This document shows positions 28,913 through 42,634 of a DNA stretch of 64,000 nt, piece by piece (the first letter of the stretch is position 1; every line of letters starts with the position of its first letter). The notes under the pieces were generated by a model, which saw only the letters and a program-made list of their open reading frames with translations, was not told the origin of the DNA and made no database searches. The position numbers were made by a program, and so were the translations under genes. The stretch covers positions 512,137 through 576,136 of the forward strand of contig OZ246414.1 in NCBI GenBank assembly GCA_965231125.1. The letters are read 5' to 3'. This DNA comes from an uncultured Gammaproteobacteria bacterium (GTDB taxonomy: Bacteria > Patescibacteriota > Microgenomatia > Woykebacterales > RBG-16-39-9b).

Positions 28913-28989
28913 TGGTGACCCCGGGGGGATTCGAACCCCCGATCTTCGGGATGAAAACCCGATATCCTAGACCACTAGACGACGGGGCC
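28913..28989 (-). tRNA. tRNA-Glu (anticodon UUC), CCA encoded
   Basis: GGCCCCGUCGUCUAGUGGUCUAGGAUAUCGGGUUUUCAUCCCGAAGAUCGGGGGUUCGAAUCCCCCCGGGGUCACCA. Cloverleaf with 7-bp acceptor, anticodon loop UUUUCAU and GGTTCGAAUCC T-loop. Confidence 0.85.
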
Positions 28990-29094
28990 AAACAAACTAA
29001 GAATTAATGAACTGAAATATTTTAACACAAACTATTCTTAGCCTCAAGTTTAAACGCTGCTCTTCTACCATTTAGATGCTAAAATTCAATTAAC

Positions 29095-29619
29095 ATGGAT
29101 ATTTCGATTAGACCTGCGAAGGCGAGTGATATAAAAGACTACACGGATTTACTTCAACGCACTTACGAGGCTTCGTATGTCAACGAAAAACTTGGTTTAA
29201 CTAAAGATTGTTTTTCAAAAGAAGTTTTCGCCACCAAAAATTCTCAAGACTATTTAAAAGGCAATCTGGTTGTAAACGACAAGCAAAAAACTTGGCTTGC
29301 TTTTCTAGGCTCAAAATTAATCGGATCAGTTACTATTGAGGATCAAGGTAAAGAGTGCGAGCTACGGGGTTTTTACGTCGCGGTAGAGCATCAAGGCACG
29401 GGAATTGGCAGGAAGCTTTGGAAAAAGGCTCTCGCTTTTGCGGCTGGCAAAAACGTTGGTCTTAATCTCTACGCCCACAACCAAAAATCTATCGAGATGT
29501 ACAAAAAGTGGGAATTTCAAATAGATCGCGAAAAAGGAGAGTTTTACCGCCACTGGCCAGAATGGCCCGAGGGACTTCGCGCCAAATGCCTCTACATGCG
29601 TCTTGAGAATTCTAAATAA
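29095..29619 (+). CDS. GNAT family N-acetyltransferase
   Basis: Acetyl-CoA binding motif HQGTGIGRKLWKKAL. Confidence 0.75.
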   Translation: MDISIRPAKASDIKDYTDLLQRTYEASYVNEKLGLTKDCFSKEVFATKNSQDYLKGNLVVNDKQKTWLAFLGSKLIGSVTIEDQGKECELRGFYVAVEHQGTGIGRKLWKKALAFAAGKNVGLNLYAHNQKSIEMYKKWEFQIDREKGEFYRHWPEWPEGLRAKCLYMRLENSK

Positions 29620-29728
29620 TATTTTCTAACTTTGCAAAATTATAGGTCTTTACATCAATTCTTTTGCAGGGTATAATACGCCCTGGCTTGGAGAAAGATC
29701 GACGAATAGAAAGGATTGGAGGGATCAA

Positions 29729-30295
29729 ATGAAGTACGCAGTTTGGTTGGTGGTTCTTGTCTTGGCTCTCACAACTCTCGCTTGTTCAGTTAAGAACAAG
29801 AGTGGCAGTAGCGGAGAGGGAAAGTTGGATATAAACCTTTTGAACACGGACGTTGTATCCGACATCAATCCGCTTGACCAATCGGTTCAATACAAGACGG
29901 ATCTGATTATCGAGATTGGGAACCCAACCGACAACCCAATCAAGTACGATGAGGTCCAAGTCTTTTTTGAAAGCAACGCTCGGTTGATAACTGGCACGAG
30001 GTGCGCAGACAATGACCAAGGGGTGTACTGCATGTTTTGGTACGGAAATGAACCTATGCCAGAATATGGCAATCCCATTTCACCGGTGTTACTGACAGGC
30101 CATATAGCTACTCGCTATTCAATAAGCTCTGGAACTGGATTCGTCTTGGATGACGGCTCACCCAAGCTCATTGTTGTGTCGGTAATGGTCGGAGGGAAGG
30201 AAATTGCAAGCTCTACTTTCGATGACCAAGGAAACAAGGTAGACGCTCAAGCAAAAAGGGTAGCCGCAAAGCTGCCCTTTTTACATTTCTGTTAG
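29729..30295 (+). CDS. Putative lipoprotein, hypothetical (188 aa)
   Basis: Signal peptide ending LTTLAC (lipobox-like Cys). Leader carries the same AAAGGAWTGGAGGGATCA motif as the DinB-like gene. Confidence 0.4.
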   Translation: MKYAVWLVVLVLALTTLACSVKNKSGSSGEGKLDINLLNTDVVSDINPLDQSVQYKTDLIIEIGNPTDNPIKYDEVQVFFESNARLITGTRCADNDQGVYCMFWYGNEPMPEYGNPISPVLLTGHIATRYSISSGTGFVLDDGSPKLIVVSVMVGGKEIASSTFDDQGNKVDAQAKRVAAKLPFLHFC

Positions 30296-30802
30296 CCAAT
30301 TCAAAACTTCTTTTTCGTAGCCAATTACAGTCCAATGAGTGTCTTTCTTGAACACGATTGTATCTTTAATCTGTGAAATAGGTACCCAGCGAAGTTCTTC
30401 CACTTCCTCTTTGTCAAAATTTATCTTTGAAACCTCAGCGTCCCAGTGTAATTTATAGATTGATTGAAATTCTTTATGACGAGTATCCTTGTAAATTTTA
30501 AATAACACGAAGTCCGACTCCTTTACTTTTAGACCCAGCTCCTCCTTTACCTCACGAGTTGCAACTTTGATATAATCCTGACCAGGTCTTGGATGTCCAC
30601 CAAAAAATGGCTCCCAAAGACCCGGATTGGAATCCTTCTTTAACGACCGACGTTGACAAAGAATTTCATCATTTGAGTTTATTACCCAAACATGAGAGTT
30701 TCTATGCCAAAGACCTTTAGAATGAACTTCATCACGGGGTTTTGCACCAACCGGTTTATTGGTTTCATCAACAACAGTTATTAGTTCTTTCTTGTCGATC
30801 AT
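30281..30802 (-). CDS. NUDIX hydrolase
   Basis: Nudix box GGHPRPGQDYIKVATREVKEELGL. Confidence 0.75.
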   Translation of the reverse strand: MIDKKELITVVDETNKPVGAKPRDEVHSKGLWHRNSHVWVINSNDEILCQRRSLKKDSNPGLWEPFFGGHPRPGQDYIKVATREVKEELGLKVKESDFVLFKIYKDTRHKEFQSIYKLHWDAEVSKINFDKEEVEELRWVPISQIKDTIVFKKDTHWTVIGYEKEVLNWLTEM

Positions 30803-30841
30803 AAGATTATTTTACTCCAGCCGCAACTTTTTTGGTATAAT

Positions 30842-31303
30842 GTGCCTCTGACGAAAAAGAAAACAAAAATTCAAAGAATTGCGATTTGTTCCAGCGCCAG
30901 TTTTTACGCTAAGGTTCTGGAAGTTGAAAAGGATCTTAAAAAATTAGGGTTCAAAGTTTCGGTGCCACTCACTTCGAAAGTGATGGAGAAAACCGGTAAC
31001 TTTAACGTCGCTACATACCGCACCTGGCTCAAGGATGAAAGGGATTTCACTCGAAAAGCGTTTCTAATGAAAAACCATTTCAACAAAATTGTTCGCAGCG
31101 ACGCTGTCTTAATAGTCAATTTGATAAAGAACGGAATAGACGGTTACATCGGCGGCAATGGCTTAATGGAAATGGGGATTGCGTTTTGGCTTGGGAAACC
31201 AGTCTTTGTTCTAAGCAGAGTGTCAAAAGAACACCCTCTTTACGAAGAAATATTAGGTGTTCGACCAGTTTTTATCGATGAGGATTTGACGAAGATCAAA
31301 TAA
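30842..31303 (+). CDS. Nucleoside 2-deoxyribosyltransferase-like protein
   Basis: IAICSSASF (Rossmann beta1) and GGNGLMEMGIAFWLGKPVFVL resemble the NDT family catalytic-Glu motif (..AFEIGYA.A.GKPV). Confidence 0.4.
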   Translation: MPLTKKKTKIQRIAICSSASFYAKVLEVEKDLKKLGFKVSVPLTSKVMEKTGNFNVATYRTWLKDERDFTRKAFLMKNHFNKIVRSDAVLIVNLIKNGIDGYIGGNGLMEMGIAFWLGKPVFVLSRVSKEHPLYEEILGVRPVFIDEDLTKIK

Positions 31304-31308
31304 AAGTT

Positions 31309-31731
31309 TTAAATTTTGGGAGTGTTCTTTGGATAATGGCGCCTTCTTACCCGAAGGCGAGCGAGCGACTTTTGTAAAGCAGCTGCTATGGCGGCGTATT
31401 CTTCTGATGAAAGTTTTCCTCTGTTGCGAAGTGCCTCTTCGGCCCGTCTGCGAGCCTCCTCGGCTTCTTTTTCGGAGATTTCCGCTACTTCTTCCGCCAA
31501 GTCGGTTAGGACCGACACTTGGGTTCCATTTATCTGCGCAAATCCGTAACCGACGGCAAGATTTGTTTCTTTGCCTTCTTTTTTGACAATTAACTCTCCA
31601 GGTTGAATTTGAGTCACTAACGAAGTGTGCCCCGGCAAGATAGTTATCTCCCCGTCAGCAGTCGGTAGGGTCACTTCGCCCACTTCACCGTCATAAGTTT
31701 TTCTTTCTGGAGTTGCAATGGTTAGGTTCAC
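31309..31731 (-). CDS. atpC: F0F1 ATP synthase subunit epsilon
   Basis: MNLTIATPERKTYDGEVGEVTLPTADGEITILPGHTSLV. Position after atpD. Confidence 0.85.
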   Translation of the reverse strand: MNLTIATPERKTYDGEVGEVTLPTADGEITILPGHTSLVTQIQPGELIVKKEGKETNLAVGYGFAQINGTQVSVLTDLAEEVAEISEKEAEEARRRAEEALRNRGKLSSEEYAAIAAALQKSLARLRVRRRHYPKNTPKI

Positions 31732-31788
31732 TTTTTAACTTCTTCGATGGGCCCTTTCATGTGACCCGCTTCGCGTGACGTATGCTCG

Positions 31789-34019
<2,231 letters not shown>

Positions 34020-35522
34020 TTACTGCGCTACTTTAAAGCCTTTCTTAAACTCTTCAATAGCTTCTCCTAACTCTTTTTCTAAAGACTGTGGTAAAAGCTT
34101 TTCTTTCGCAAGAGTATCCAATATTTTTCCGCGGCGAGCGCTTATAAAATCAAGAAATTTAGTTTCAAACTGCGCAATTTTTTCAAGTGGAATATCGTCT
34201 AAGTAACCTTTGGTAGTCGCCCAAATTATTACAATTTGTTTTGCCACCGGTACCGGAGCATATTGCGGTTGTTTAAGAATTTCGACGAGGCGGGCGCCTT
34301 TTTCCAACTTTTTTTGAGTGGCTTCATCCAAATCCGAGCCGAACTGCGCAAAAGCGGCTAATTCTCGATATTGAGCAAGGTCCAATCTTAAGGACCCAGC
34401 AATCTGTTTCATGGCTTTTATTTGGGCGGCACCACCAACCCGCGAGACCGAAAGCCCGACATTTACCGCCGGCCGCGTGCCGGCGTAAAAAAGATCTCCT
34501 TCTAGGTAAATTTGCCCATCCGTAATAGAGATAACATTTGTGGGGATATAAGCGGAAACATCGGCCGCCTGAGTTTCAATAATCGGCAAAGCAGTAAGCG
34601 ATCCGCCACCATAATCCTTGTTTAATTTGGCGGCCCGTTCCAAAAGGCGACTATGGAGGTAAAAAACGTCTCCCGGGTATGCTTCCCGACCGGAAGGCCG
34701 GCGCAGTAGCAGTGAAAGTTGACGATACGCCCAGGCGTGTTTTGTAAGATCGTCGTAAATAACTAAAGCGTCTTTTCCAGAATCCATAAAATATTCTCCG
34801 ATAGCACAGCCGGCGTAGGGCGCAATATACTGCATTGTGGCTGAGTCAACCGCTGCCGCCGAGACGACAATCGTATGCTTCAGAGCGTCATGTTTGTCGA
34901 GGGTGTCGACAATTTGGGCGATTTTTGAAGTTTTTTGACCTATTGCGACGTAGATACAAATCACACCAGAATCCTTTTGATTGATTATTGTATCAATTGT
35001 AATAGCCGTTTTGCCAAGACCGCGATCGCCAATAATTAGTTCCCTTTGACCTCGACCAATAGGGATCATACTGTCGATCGCTTTTAAGCCTGTTTGTAAA
35101 GGAGTGTTGACGCTTTCCCGGGTTATAACTCCAGGAGCAATTTTTTCAATGGGGTAAGATTTGGTAGTCTTAATTGGACCTTTACCGTCAATTGGAGCGC
35201 CCAGGGCGTTGACAACTCGACCTACCAAAGACTCACCAACCGGGACCTGTAATATCTGGCCGGTTGTAGCTACCTCGTCGCCTTCTTTAAGGGAAGTGTA
35301 ATCACCAAAAATTACGATTCCAACACTTGCCTCTTCAAGGTTTAGAGCGAGCCCTTTCAAATTGTTTGGCAATTCCACCAGTTCGTTATAGGCGACATCC
35401 GAAAGCCCTTCTGCTTTGGCAACGCCGTCTCCGAGTTCGGTGATCACGCCCACGTTTTTCTTCTGGGTTTTTGTTTGCAAACCCTCAATTTCTTTTTTTA
35501 ATTCCTCGACGATGTTAGTCAT
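34020..35522 (-). CDS. atpA: F0F1 ATP synthase subunit alpha
   Basis: [11 protein letters not shown]-loop. 500 aa. Confidence 0.95.
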   Translation of the reverse strand: MTNIVEELKKEIEGLQTKTQKKNVGVITELGDGVAKAEGLSDVAYNELVELPNNLKGLALNLEEASVGIVIFGDYTSLKEGDEVATTGQILQVPVGESLVGRVVNALGAPIDGKGPIKTTKSYPIEKIAPGVITRESVNTPLQTGLKAIDSMIPIGRGQRELIIGDRGLGKTAITIDTIINQKDSGVICIYVAIGQKTSKIAQIVDTLDKHDALKHTIVVSAAAVDSATMQYIAPYAGCAIGEYFMDSGKDALVIYDDLTKHAWAYRQLSLLLRRPSGREAYPGDVFYLHSRLLERAAKLNKDYGGGSLTALPIIETQAADVSAYIPTNVISITDGQIYLEGDLFYAGTRPAVNVGLSVSRVGGAAQIKAMKQIAGSLRLDLAQYRELAAFAQFGSDLDEATQKKLEKGARLVEILKQPQYAPVPVAKQIVIIWATTKGYLDDIPLEKIAQFETKFLDFISARRGKILDTLAKEKLLPQSLEKELGEAIEEFKKGFKVAQ

Positions 35523-35913
35523 AGTTTACTTTTTTAAGAGACTCTAAAGTTTGGGATACTGAATAGTCCCAAATATTATCGCTTAACTGGATTTTAACGC
35601 CAGCAAGTAGCGATCTATTTTTGCTGAAAGTAAAGTTTAATTTTTTACCAAATCTTGCTTCGAAATTTTTTTTAATCTTTTCCAAGTAGCCTGCCCCAAG
35701 ATTTTCAGCGCTTTCTACTACCAAGGTATTACTTTTGTAAAAATTGGAAACTGCATCCGCCAAAGCCAGTAAAATTTTGATTGCTCCTTTTGGGTATTCC
35801 TTTTTTACCTGTCTTACCCAGGCGAAAAGCTTAGTTTCGTTGATACCTTCCTTAGACAAACTTACTTGAAGAATTTCTTTTGCAATTTTTAAATCTTTTT
35901 TTGAATATTTCAT
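35515..35913 (-). CDS. atpH: F0F1 ATP synthase subunit delta (OSCP), short form
   Basis: Operon position between atpF and atpA. OSCP-like C-terminal region. 132 aa. Confidence 0.7.
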   Translation of the reverse strand: MKYSKKDLKIAKEILQVSLSKEGINETKLFAWVRQVKKEYPKGAIKILLALADAVSNFYKSNTLVVESAENLGAGYLEKIKKNFEARFGKKLNFTFSKNRSLLAGVKIQLSDNIWDYSVSQTLESLKKVNYD

Positions 35914-36407
35914 TACTTTAATTCTTTCATTGACTTTTTAATCATCTCTTCATTATCTTTACTCGTAAGAGCCTTGCCCAGCACCATTTTTGTTGTTTCC
36001 GCAACAAGGCTTGCCATTTCTGATTTTACTTCAGAAACCATTTTTTGCTTTTCAAGTAAGACGTCAGCCTTTGCCTTAATGAAGGTTTCTTCCACTCTTC
36101 TGCCTGCTTGCTCTTGCATTTGCTCTTCTAATTTTTTGGCTGCTTCTTTAGCTTCTTCAATAATCTTGGTTGCTTGAGATTCAGCCGAGCCAATTATTTC
36201 TTCTTGGCGCATTTGCGTTTCCGCGAGTTTTTTTTCTATTTCTTCCGCTCGCTTGACACTTGTTTCTATCTTGGTTTTTCTTTCTTCCAATATCTTTAAA
36301 ATTGGTTTGTAGAAAAATTTTTTCAACAGTAGTACCAGGATAGTAAAGTTTACTACCTGAGCTAAAAGTAATATTGGATTAATTCCAAAATCTTTAAGAA
36401 ATCCCAT
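35913..36407 (-). CDS. atpF: F0F1 ATP synthase subunit b
   Basis: N-terminal TM followed by a long charged coiled coil. Operon position. Confidence 0.8.
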   Translation of the reverse strand: MGFLKDFGINPILLLAQVVNFTILVLLLKKFFYKPILKILEERKTKIETSVKRAEEIEKKLAETQMRQEEIIGSAESQATKIIEEAKEAAKKLEEQMQEQAGRRVEETFIKAKADVLLEKQKMVSEVKSEMASLVAETTKMVLGKALTSKDNEEMIKKSMKELK

Positions 36408-36426
36408 ATTTCCTAAACAACCAAAT

Positions 36427-37362
<936 letters not shown>

Positions 37363-37385
<23 letters not shown>

Positions 37386-37749
37386 TAATTACTTCATTAA
37401 TATTATCAAAACCGAGGGTTAAAGTCTTTATACCAACACGGGGGTACTTGTCTTCCAGGAGCTTTTTTGCCTGCTTTAGGTTGTGGCTATGTCTTTCGGT
37501 TGAGTTATCAGATCCGTACGCACCACAATCTTCGTGATCAAAAATGTATATTTCTTTTGGGTTGTGAAGCTTTATTGAGGCTTCTACCCCCTGGGTAATA
37601 TTTTCTACGTTTAAAGAAGCTCCTGGAATAGTAATTAGATCGTAGGCATCTTTCAAACCACGATCTATCAAATAGTCTCTAGTTCTAGTTATAAATCGAA
37701 AGTCAATACAAGAAATTACTAGAGCCTTACATTCGTTTGGATCAGACAT
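37363..37749 (-). CDS. Small (128 aa) beta-carbonic-anhydrase-like protein (CxDxR ... HxxC motifs), hypothetical
   Basis: SCIDFRF and DHEDCGAYG resemble the two zinc-ligand motifs of beta-CAs. Too short for a canonical beta-CA. Overlaps the atpB start by 23 nt. Confidence 0.3.
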
Positions 37750-37847
37750 AACGCAGTATCATACCAGGCAGGAGCAAGATTATCAAGTGGTTTTGAGTAG
37801 GTTGAAAACTTTTAAAGCGACCTTTATGATTAAACGAGAGACTTTTT

Positions 37848-39395
37848 ATGATAAATCCTTTAAGGCCGGTACTTTTAGTTATTTTAGATGGTTGGGGAGT
37901 AGCCGCCGCTAGCCAAGGTAACTCAATAACAAGGGCAAGAAAACCAAATCTGGACGCCTATTTTGCTTCTTTCCCAAACACTGTGCTTGAGGCAGCCGGG
38001 GAAGCGGTCGGATTGCCTCCCGGAGAAGCCGGCAACTCCGAAGTTGGTCACACCAACCTTGGTGCCGGCAGAATTGTTTACCAAGATTTACCTAGAATTA
38101 ATATGGCCATAGCCGACGGATCTTTCTTGACGAATCCGGTTTTTCTAGAAGCTTTTGCGCACGCCAGGGGAGTAGGCTCGGCCGTCCACTTGATGGGCTT
38201 AGTCGGGTCCGGAGGTGTGCATTCAAGTATCGAACACCTCTACGCTCTTCTTTGGCTCGCTAAAAAGCAGAATTTGGAAAAAGTTTATCTCCATTTGTTT
38301 ACGGACGGTAGAGATTCACCACCTTACTCGTCTACTCAACTCTTCGCGGAACTAGAATCTAAGCTAGATGAACTAGGAGTCGGAAAAATAGCGACAATCT
38401 CCGGACGCTATTTCGCTATGGATCGAGATCAAAGATGGGAAAGAACGCAGAAAGCTTACGACGCAATGGTGAAAGGAGTTGGTGCCCGTGCTGAAAGTGC
38501 TCTGCAGGCGATTGAAATTTCCTACCAGCGAAAAATTACGGATGAGTTTATTGAACCGACTGTAATTTCTTCGACGGGTGAGGTAACCACTATAAAAGAC
38601 AATGATTCCGTAATATTCTTTAATTTCCGACCAGATAGAGCTAGGCAGTTAACCAAATCTTTTGTTTTAGATCAGTTCCAGGGTTTTCCAAGAGAAAGAA
38701 AGCTAGAAAATCTTTATTTTGTTTCGATAACTTTGTTTGAGAAAGGTTTGCCGACCCACGTAGCCTTTCCGGCTCCTCAGATTGACTATCCTTTGGCATC
38801 AGTGGTTTCTTCGAAGAACTTAAGGCAACTCCATATCGGAGAAACGGAAAAGTATGCCCACATCACTTATTTTTTTAATGCTGGTTTGGAGGCAGCCTAC
38901 CCAGGGGAGGATCGAATTCACATCCCTTCACCGAGGGTGGCAACTTACGATACAAAGCCGGAGATGTCGTCAAATGAGATCACCGAGCAAGTTTCGGAAA
39001 GATTGAAAGTCGGACAATACGATTTCTACGTTATAAATTTTGCCAGCGCTGATATGGTGGCTCATACAGGTTCTTTAGATGCGACCATAAAGGCAGTTGA
39101 GATTTTGGACGGCTGTGTCGGAAAAGTTGTGGGGGAGGCTATGGCCTTGGGTGGGGCCACCGTCTTAGTTGGCGATCATGGAAACGCGGAGCAGATGATT
39201 AACCCATCTACGGGCGAGCCGGATACGGAGCACACTGCAAATTCGGTGCCGTTTCTAGCAGTTGCCGGCTCCCTTAAAGATTTTCCAAATCCAAAATTGC
39301 AATCCGGAGTTTTAGCTGATGTTGCGCCAACAATCCTTACCCTTATGGGCATTGTGCCTCCAGAAGTGATGACCGGTCGCAATCTTTTAGTTTAG
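37848..39395 (+). CDS. gpmI: 2,3-bisphosphoglycerate-independent phosphoglycerate mutase
   Basis: VLLVILDGWG ... GHTNLGAGR ... DGRD ... binuclear-metal phosphatase-type motifs. 515 aa. Confidence 0.9.
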   Translation: MINPLRPVLLVILDGWGVAAASQGNSITRARKPNLDAYFASFPNTVLEAAGEAVGLPPGEAGNSEVGHTNLGAGRIVYQDLPRINMAIADGSFLTNPVFLEAFAHARGVGSAVHLMGLVGSGGVHSSIEHLYALLWLAKKQNLEKVYLHLFTDGRDSPPYSSTQLFAELESKLDELGVGKIATISGRYFAMDRDQRWERTQKAYDAMVKGVGARAESALQAIEISYQRKITDEFIEPTVISSTGEVTTIKDNDSVIFFNFRPDRARQLTKSFVLDQFQGFPRERKLENLYFVSITLFEKGLPTHVAFPAPQIDYPLASVVSSKNLRQLHIGETEKYAHITYFFNAGLEAAYPGEDRIHIPSPRVATYDTKPEMSSNEITEQVSERLKVGQYDFYVINFASADMVAHTGSLDATIKAVEILDGCVGKVVGEAMALGGATVLVGDHGNAEQMINPSTGEPDTEHTANSVPFLAVAGSLKDFPNPKLQSGVLADVAPTILTLMGIVPPEVMTGRNLLV

Positions 39396-40061
39396 CACAA
39401 GAGTAATTTCGCCTTTTAAGTTTTTGGTGGTAAGATTTTTTACGATATCTTTTACCTTGCCTCTAATGAATTCCTCATTAATCTTAGTCATTTCTCTGCC
39501 GACAGCTAAATCTCTCTCGGGAAAAATGGAAGAGAGTTCTTCTAGAGTTTTCTGGATTCTGAAGGGAGATTCAAAGAAAATTACGCTAGTGTTTACTTGA
39601 TCTAAAAGAACGGCTATTTTTTCGTAGAACTTTTTTCTTTTACCTTCCTTTTTCGGAGTATAGCCAACAAAAGCAAACGAATCTGGCGGCAGGCCTGAGG
39701 ATACTAGAGCGGTGAGTACCGAACTGGCACCAGGTATTGAGACAACCTTAACGCCTTCCTGAATACTTGCGCGAATTAATTTGAATCCAGGGTCTGAAAC
39801 GATGGGCGTGCCGGCGTCGGAAACTAGAGCCATACTTTCTCCGTTTTTTAGCCGGTTAATTATCTGCGTCTGCCTAAAATTTTCATTATGCTCGTGAAAA
39901 CTTAAAAGAGGTTTTTTAATTGAATAGTGCGCAAGTAAAAGACCGGTTCTTCTTGTGTCTTCGGCCAAAATTAAGTCAACACTTTTTAAAGTCGCAAGAG
40001 CCCTCAAAGTTATATCCTGCAGGTTGCCAATTGGTGTTGCCACAATATAAAGGGTCCCCAT
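39387..40061 (-). CDS. rsmI: 16S rRNA (cytidine1402-2'-O)-methyltransferase, tetrapyrrole-methylase fold
   Basis: MGTLYIVATPIGNLQDITLRALATLKSVDLILAEDTRRTGLLL. Confidence 0.85.
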   Translation of the reverse strand: MGTLYIVATPIGNLQDITLRALATLKSVDLILAEDTRRTGLLLAHYSIKKPLLSFHEHNENFRQTQIINRLKNGESMALVSDAGTPIVSDPGFKLIRASIQEGVKVVSIPGASSVLTALVSSGLPPDSFAFVGYTPKKEGKRKKFYEKIAVLLDQVNTSVIFFESPFRIQKTLEELSSIFPERDLAVGREMTKINEEFIRGKVKDIVKNLTTKNLKGEITLVLN

Positions 40062-40113
40062 AGATTTAGTATTATACTAGATTTATTACTTTAGAATTTG
40101 TTAGATTAATAAA

Positions 40114-40749
40114 GTGGTGTATTCTTTTGCTGCAAGCATAAGCTCGTCAATTACCAATCTAATTTCTACTTTAGGTTACTTTGGAGTTTTTATTGCAATG
40201 GCGCTCGAGTCTGCTTGTATTCCGATTCCTTCGGAAGTAATTATGCCATTTGCCGGTTTTCTAGTGACAGGCGGAAAATTTAACTTCTGGTTGGTTGTTT
40301 TGGTAGGGGCACTTGGAAATTTGATCGGTTCGTTGTCGATGTACGGGCTCGGGTTTTGGGGCGGGGAGGTAGTAATTCGAAAGTTAATCAGAGTTTGGGG
40401 TAAGTTTATCTTAATTTCCGAAAAGGATTTTGCCCTGTCAAAATCCTGGTTAGTCCGTTTTGGACTGCCGGTGGTGGCGCTGTCTCGGGTTTTACCGGTG
40501 GTGAGAACTTTTATTTCGCTACCAGCCGGAGTGGCAAAAATAGACCTTACTCTATTTACGGCTTTAACTTTCGGTGGGTCCTTAATTTGGTCCGCCTTCC
40601 TCACTTATATAGGCGTCTTGCTTGGGGAAAACTGGCAGAACATTGAGCCGGCCTTTCGAAAATTTGATATCTTTATTGTTTTAGGAGCTATAATTTTAGC
40701 GGGCCTATTTTTTTACCACAAATCAAAAGAGATTGTTAGAGCGCGCTGA
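40114..40749 (+). CDS. dedA: DedA family (SNARE-associated) membrane protein
   Basis: LPVVRTFISLPAG motif and typical topology. Confidence 0.75.
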   Translation: MVYSFAASISSSITNLISTLGYFGVFIAMALESACIPIPSEVIMPFAGFLVTGGKFNFWLVVLVGALGNLIGSLSMYGLGFWGGEVVIRKLIRVWGKFILISEKDFALSKSWLVRFGLPVVALSRVLPVVRTFISLPAGVAKIDLTLFTALTFGGSLIWSAFLTYIGVLLGENWQNIEPAFRKFDIFIVLGAIILAGLFFYHKSKEIVRAR

Positions 40750-42020
40750 TGTTAAAGAAATTAAAATCAATTTTAAAAATTTTTGGCCCTGGGTTTATTA
40801 CCGGCGCGTCGGATGATGATCCTTCAGGGATAGCAACTTACTCCCAAACTGGCGCTGCCTTTGGCTACAACCAACTTTGGACAGCTCTATTTTCCTACCC
40901 TTTCATGACCGTAGTTCAAGAAATGTGCGGTCGTATTGGTTTAGTTACTGGTAAAGGGCTGGCGGGAGTTATTCGCCATCATTACCCCAAAAAGTTTTTG
41001 TGGTTCTCCGTTTTGCTTTTATTTCTTGCCAATACAATTAATATTGGTGCCGATCTTGGGGCAATGGCAGCTAGCGCCCAGATGATTTTCGGTGTGCCTT
41101 TTATTTTTTGGCTACTAGGAATAACCGCTCTTACCCTAGGTTTAGAGATCTTCCTCTCGTACAATATTTACGCTAAAGTTCTTAAATGGCTTACGTTTTC
41201 ACTTTTTGCGTATATCTTAGTTGTCTTTTTCGTTAAGCAAGACTGGGTCAATATCGCCCGTTCGACACTTTTGCCAAGCATACAGTGGTCCCAAATTTAT
41301 TTGTTGAATATAGTTGCTATTTTAGGGACAACTATTTCGCCATATTTATATTTTTGGCAGGCAGACGAAGAAGTTGAAGAAGAAGTTGCCGAACATAAAA
41401 TCCGCTCTTTTGGGGCCGGCATTCCCAGAATACGCCGGAAAGATATTACTGATATGAGGATCGACACAGCAGTCGGCATGGGTTTTTCGAACTTGGTAAT
41501 GTTTTTTATAATCGCCACGACCGCATCGACCCTCCATGTCCACGGGATTTTTGATATCAACACTCCGCAACAGGCAGCCGAGGCTCTTAAACCTTTTGCA
41601 GGAAATCTTGCTTATCTTCTTTTTGCCACTGGAATTATCGGAACTGGGCTACTGGCCGTGCCGGTTTTGGCCGGTTCCGTCTCGTACGCAATTTCCGAGT
41701 CTTTTGGCTGGCGAGCCGGCCTTTACCAAAAGCTAAAAAAGGCCCACGGTTTTTACGGGGCGATAATTGTCGCCACTTTAATTGGTTTGTTAATAAATTT
41801 TATTGGTATCAGCCCGATAAAAGCTCTTTACTACGCGTCGATCCTTAATGGCCTTTTGGCTCCACCTCTTTTAGTAATGATTATGCTCATTAGCAACAAC
41901 CGAGATATTATGGGTGGCCGGACCAACGGTAAGCTGAGCAACTACTTAGGCTGGATAATAACGGCGGTAATGAGTGTTTGCGCTCTTGTCTTAATTATCC
42001 AATTTTTATTTTTCTCTTAG
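40749..42020 (+). CDS. mntH: NRAMP-family divalent metal (Mn2+/Fe2+) transporter
   Basis: GPGFITGASDDDPSGIATYSQTGAAFGY consensus. 11-12 TM. Confidence 0.85.
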   Translation: MLKKLKSILKIFGPGFITGASDDDPSGIATYSQTGAAFGYNQLWTALFSYPFMTVVQEMCGRIGLVTGKGLAGVIRHHYPKKFLWFSVLLLFLANTINIGADLGAMAASAQMIFGVPFIFWLLGITALTLGLEIFLSYNIYAKVLKWLTFSLFAYILVVFFVKQDWVNIARSTLLPSIQWSQIYLLNIVAILGTTISPYLYFWQADEEVEEEVAEHKIRSFGAGIPRIRRKDITDMRIDTAVGMGFSNLVMFFIIATTASTLHVHGIFDINTPQQAAEALKPFAGNLAYLLFATGIIGTGLLAVPVLAGSVSYAISESFGWRAGLYQKLKKAHGFYGAIIVATLIGLLINFIGISPIKALYYASILNGLLAPPLLVMIMLISNNRDIMGGRTNGKLSNYLGWIITAVMSVCALVLIIQFLFFS

Positions 42021-42634
42021 TGGAATTTGCGAATAACGCCAACTACTTTCCCTCTTATCTGAACATTACGTGAGAGGATTGGGTTCATGGTGGAATTTGC
42101 TGGCTCAAGGCGAACATGATCTGTCTCTTGATAAAATCTTTTTAAAGTCGCAAATGAGCCGTTCAAAAGGGCCACGACAATATCACCGTTATTCGCAGTT
42201 TGCGATTCTTCAATAATGACAAAATCGCCATCCAAAATAGCTGCTTCTACCATTGAATTTCCCTTTACTTGCAGTACGAAACACCGTTTATCTCCAATCA
42301 TGTCTGGTGGCACCATCAAAGAAGCAGTGTGGTCTTCAATCGCTTCAATTGGCGAGCCGGCGGCAATGCGACCGACTAAAGGAAGCTCAACGGCGGAAGA
42401 TACCCAGCCCATTGCTTTTTGATCAATCACTTCGATTCCGCGGCGAGTGCCATCCGTTTTCTTTAGAACTCCTTTTTCCATAAGATTGGAGATGTGTTCG
42501 TGAACTGTTGCTGGGGAACGCAGCCCCAAACCATCACAGATTTCAGCCAGTGTGGGAGCGTAACCATGTTTTTGCATGAATTGAGAAACAAATTGCAGGA
42601 GATCTCTTTGTCTTTTGTAAATTACGGGAGCCAT
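42017..42634 (-). CDS. lexA: LexA repressor (wHTH + S24 peptidase)
   Basis: N-terminal HTH (GYAPTLAEICDGLGLRSPATVHEH). C-terminal GNSMVEAAILDGDFVII with Ser/Lys dyad. Confidence 0.85.
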   Translation of the reverse strand: MAPVIYKRQRDLLQFVSQFMQKHGYAPTLAEICDGLGLRSPATVHEHISNLMEKGVLKKTDGTRRGIEVIDQKAMGWVSSAVELPLVGRIAAGSPIEAIEDHTASLMVPPDMIGDKRCFVLQVKGNSMVEAAILDGDFVIIEESQTANNGDIVVALLNGSFATLKRFYQETDHVRLEPANSTMNPILSRNVQIRGKVVGVIRKFH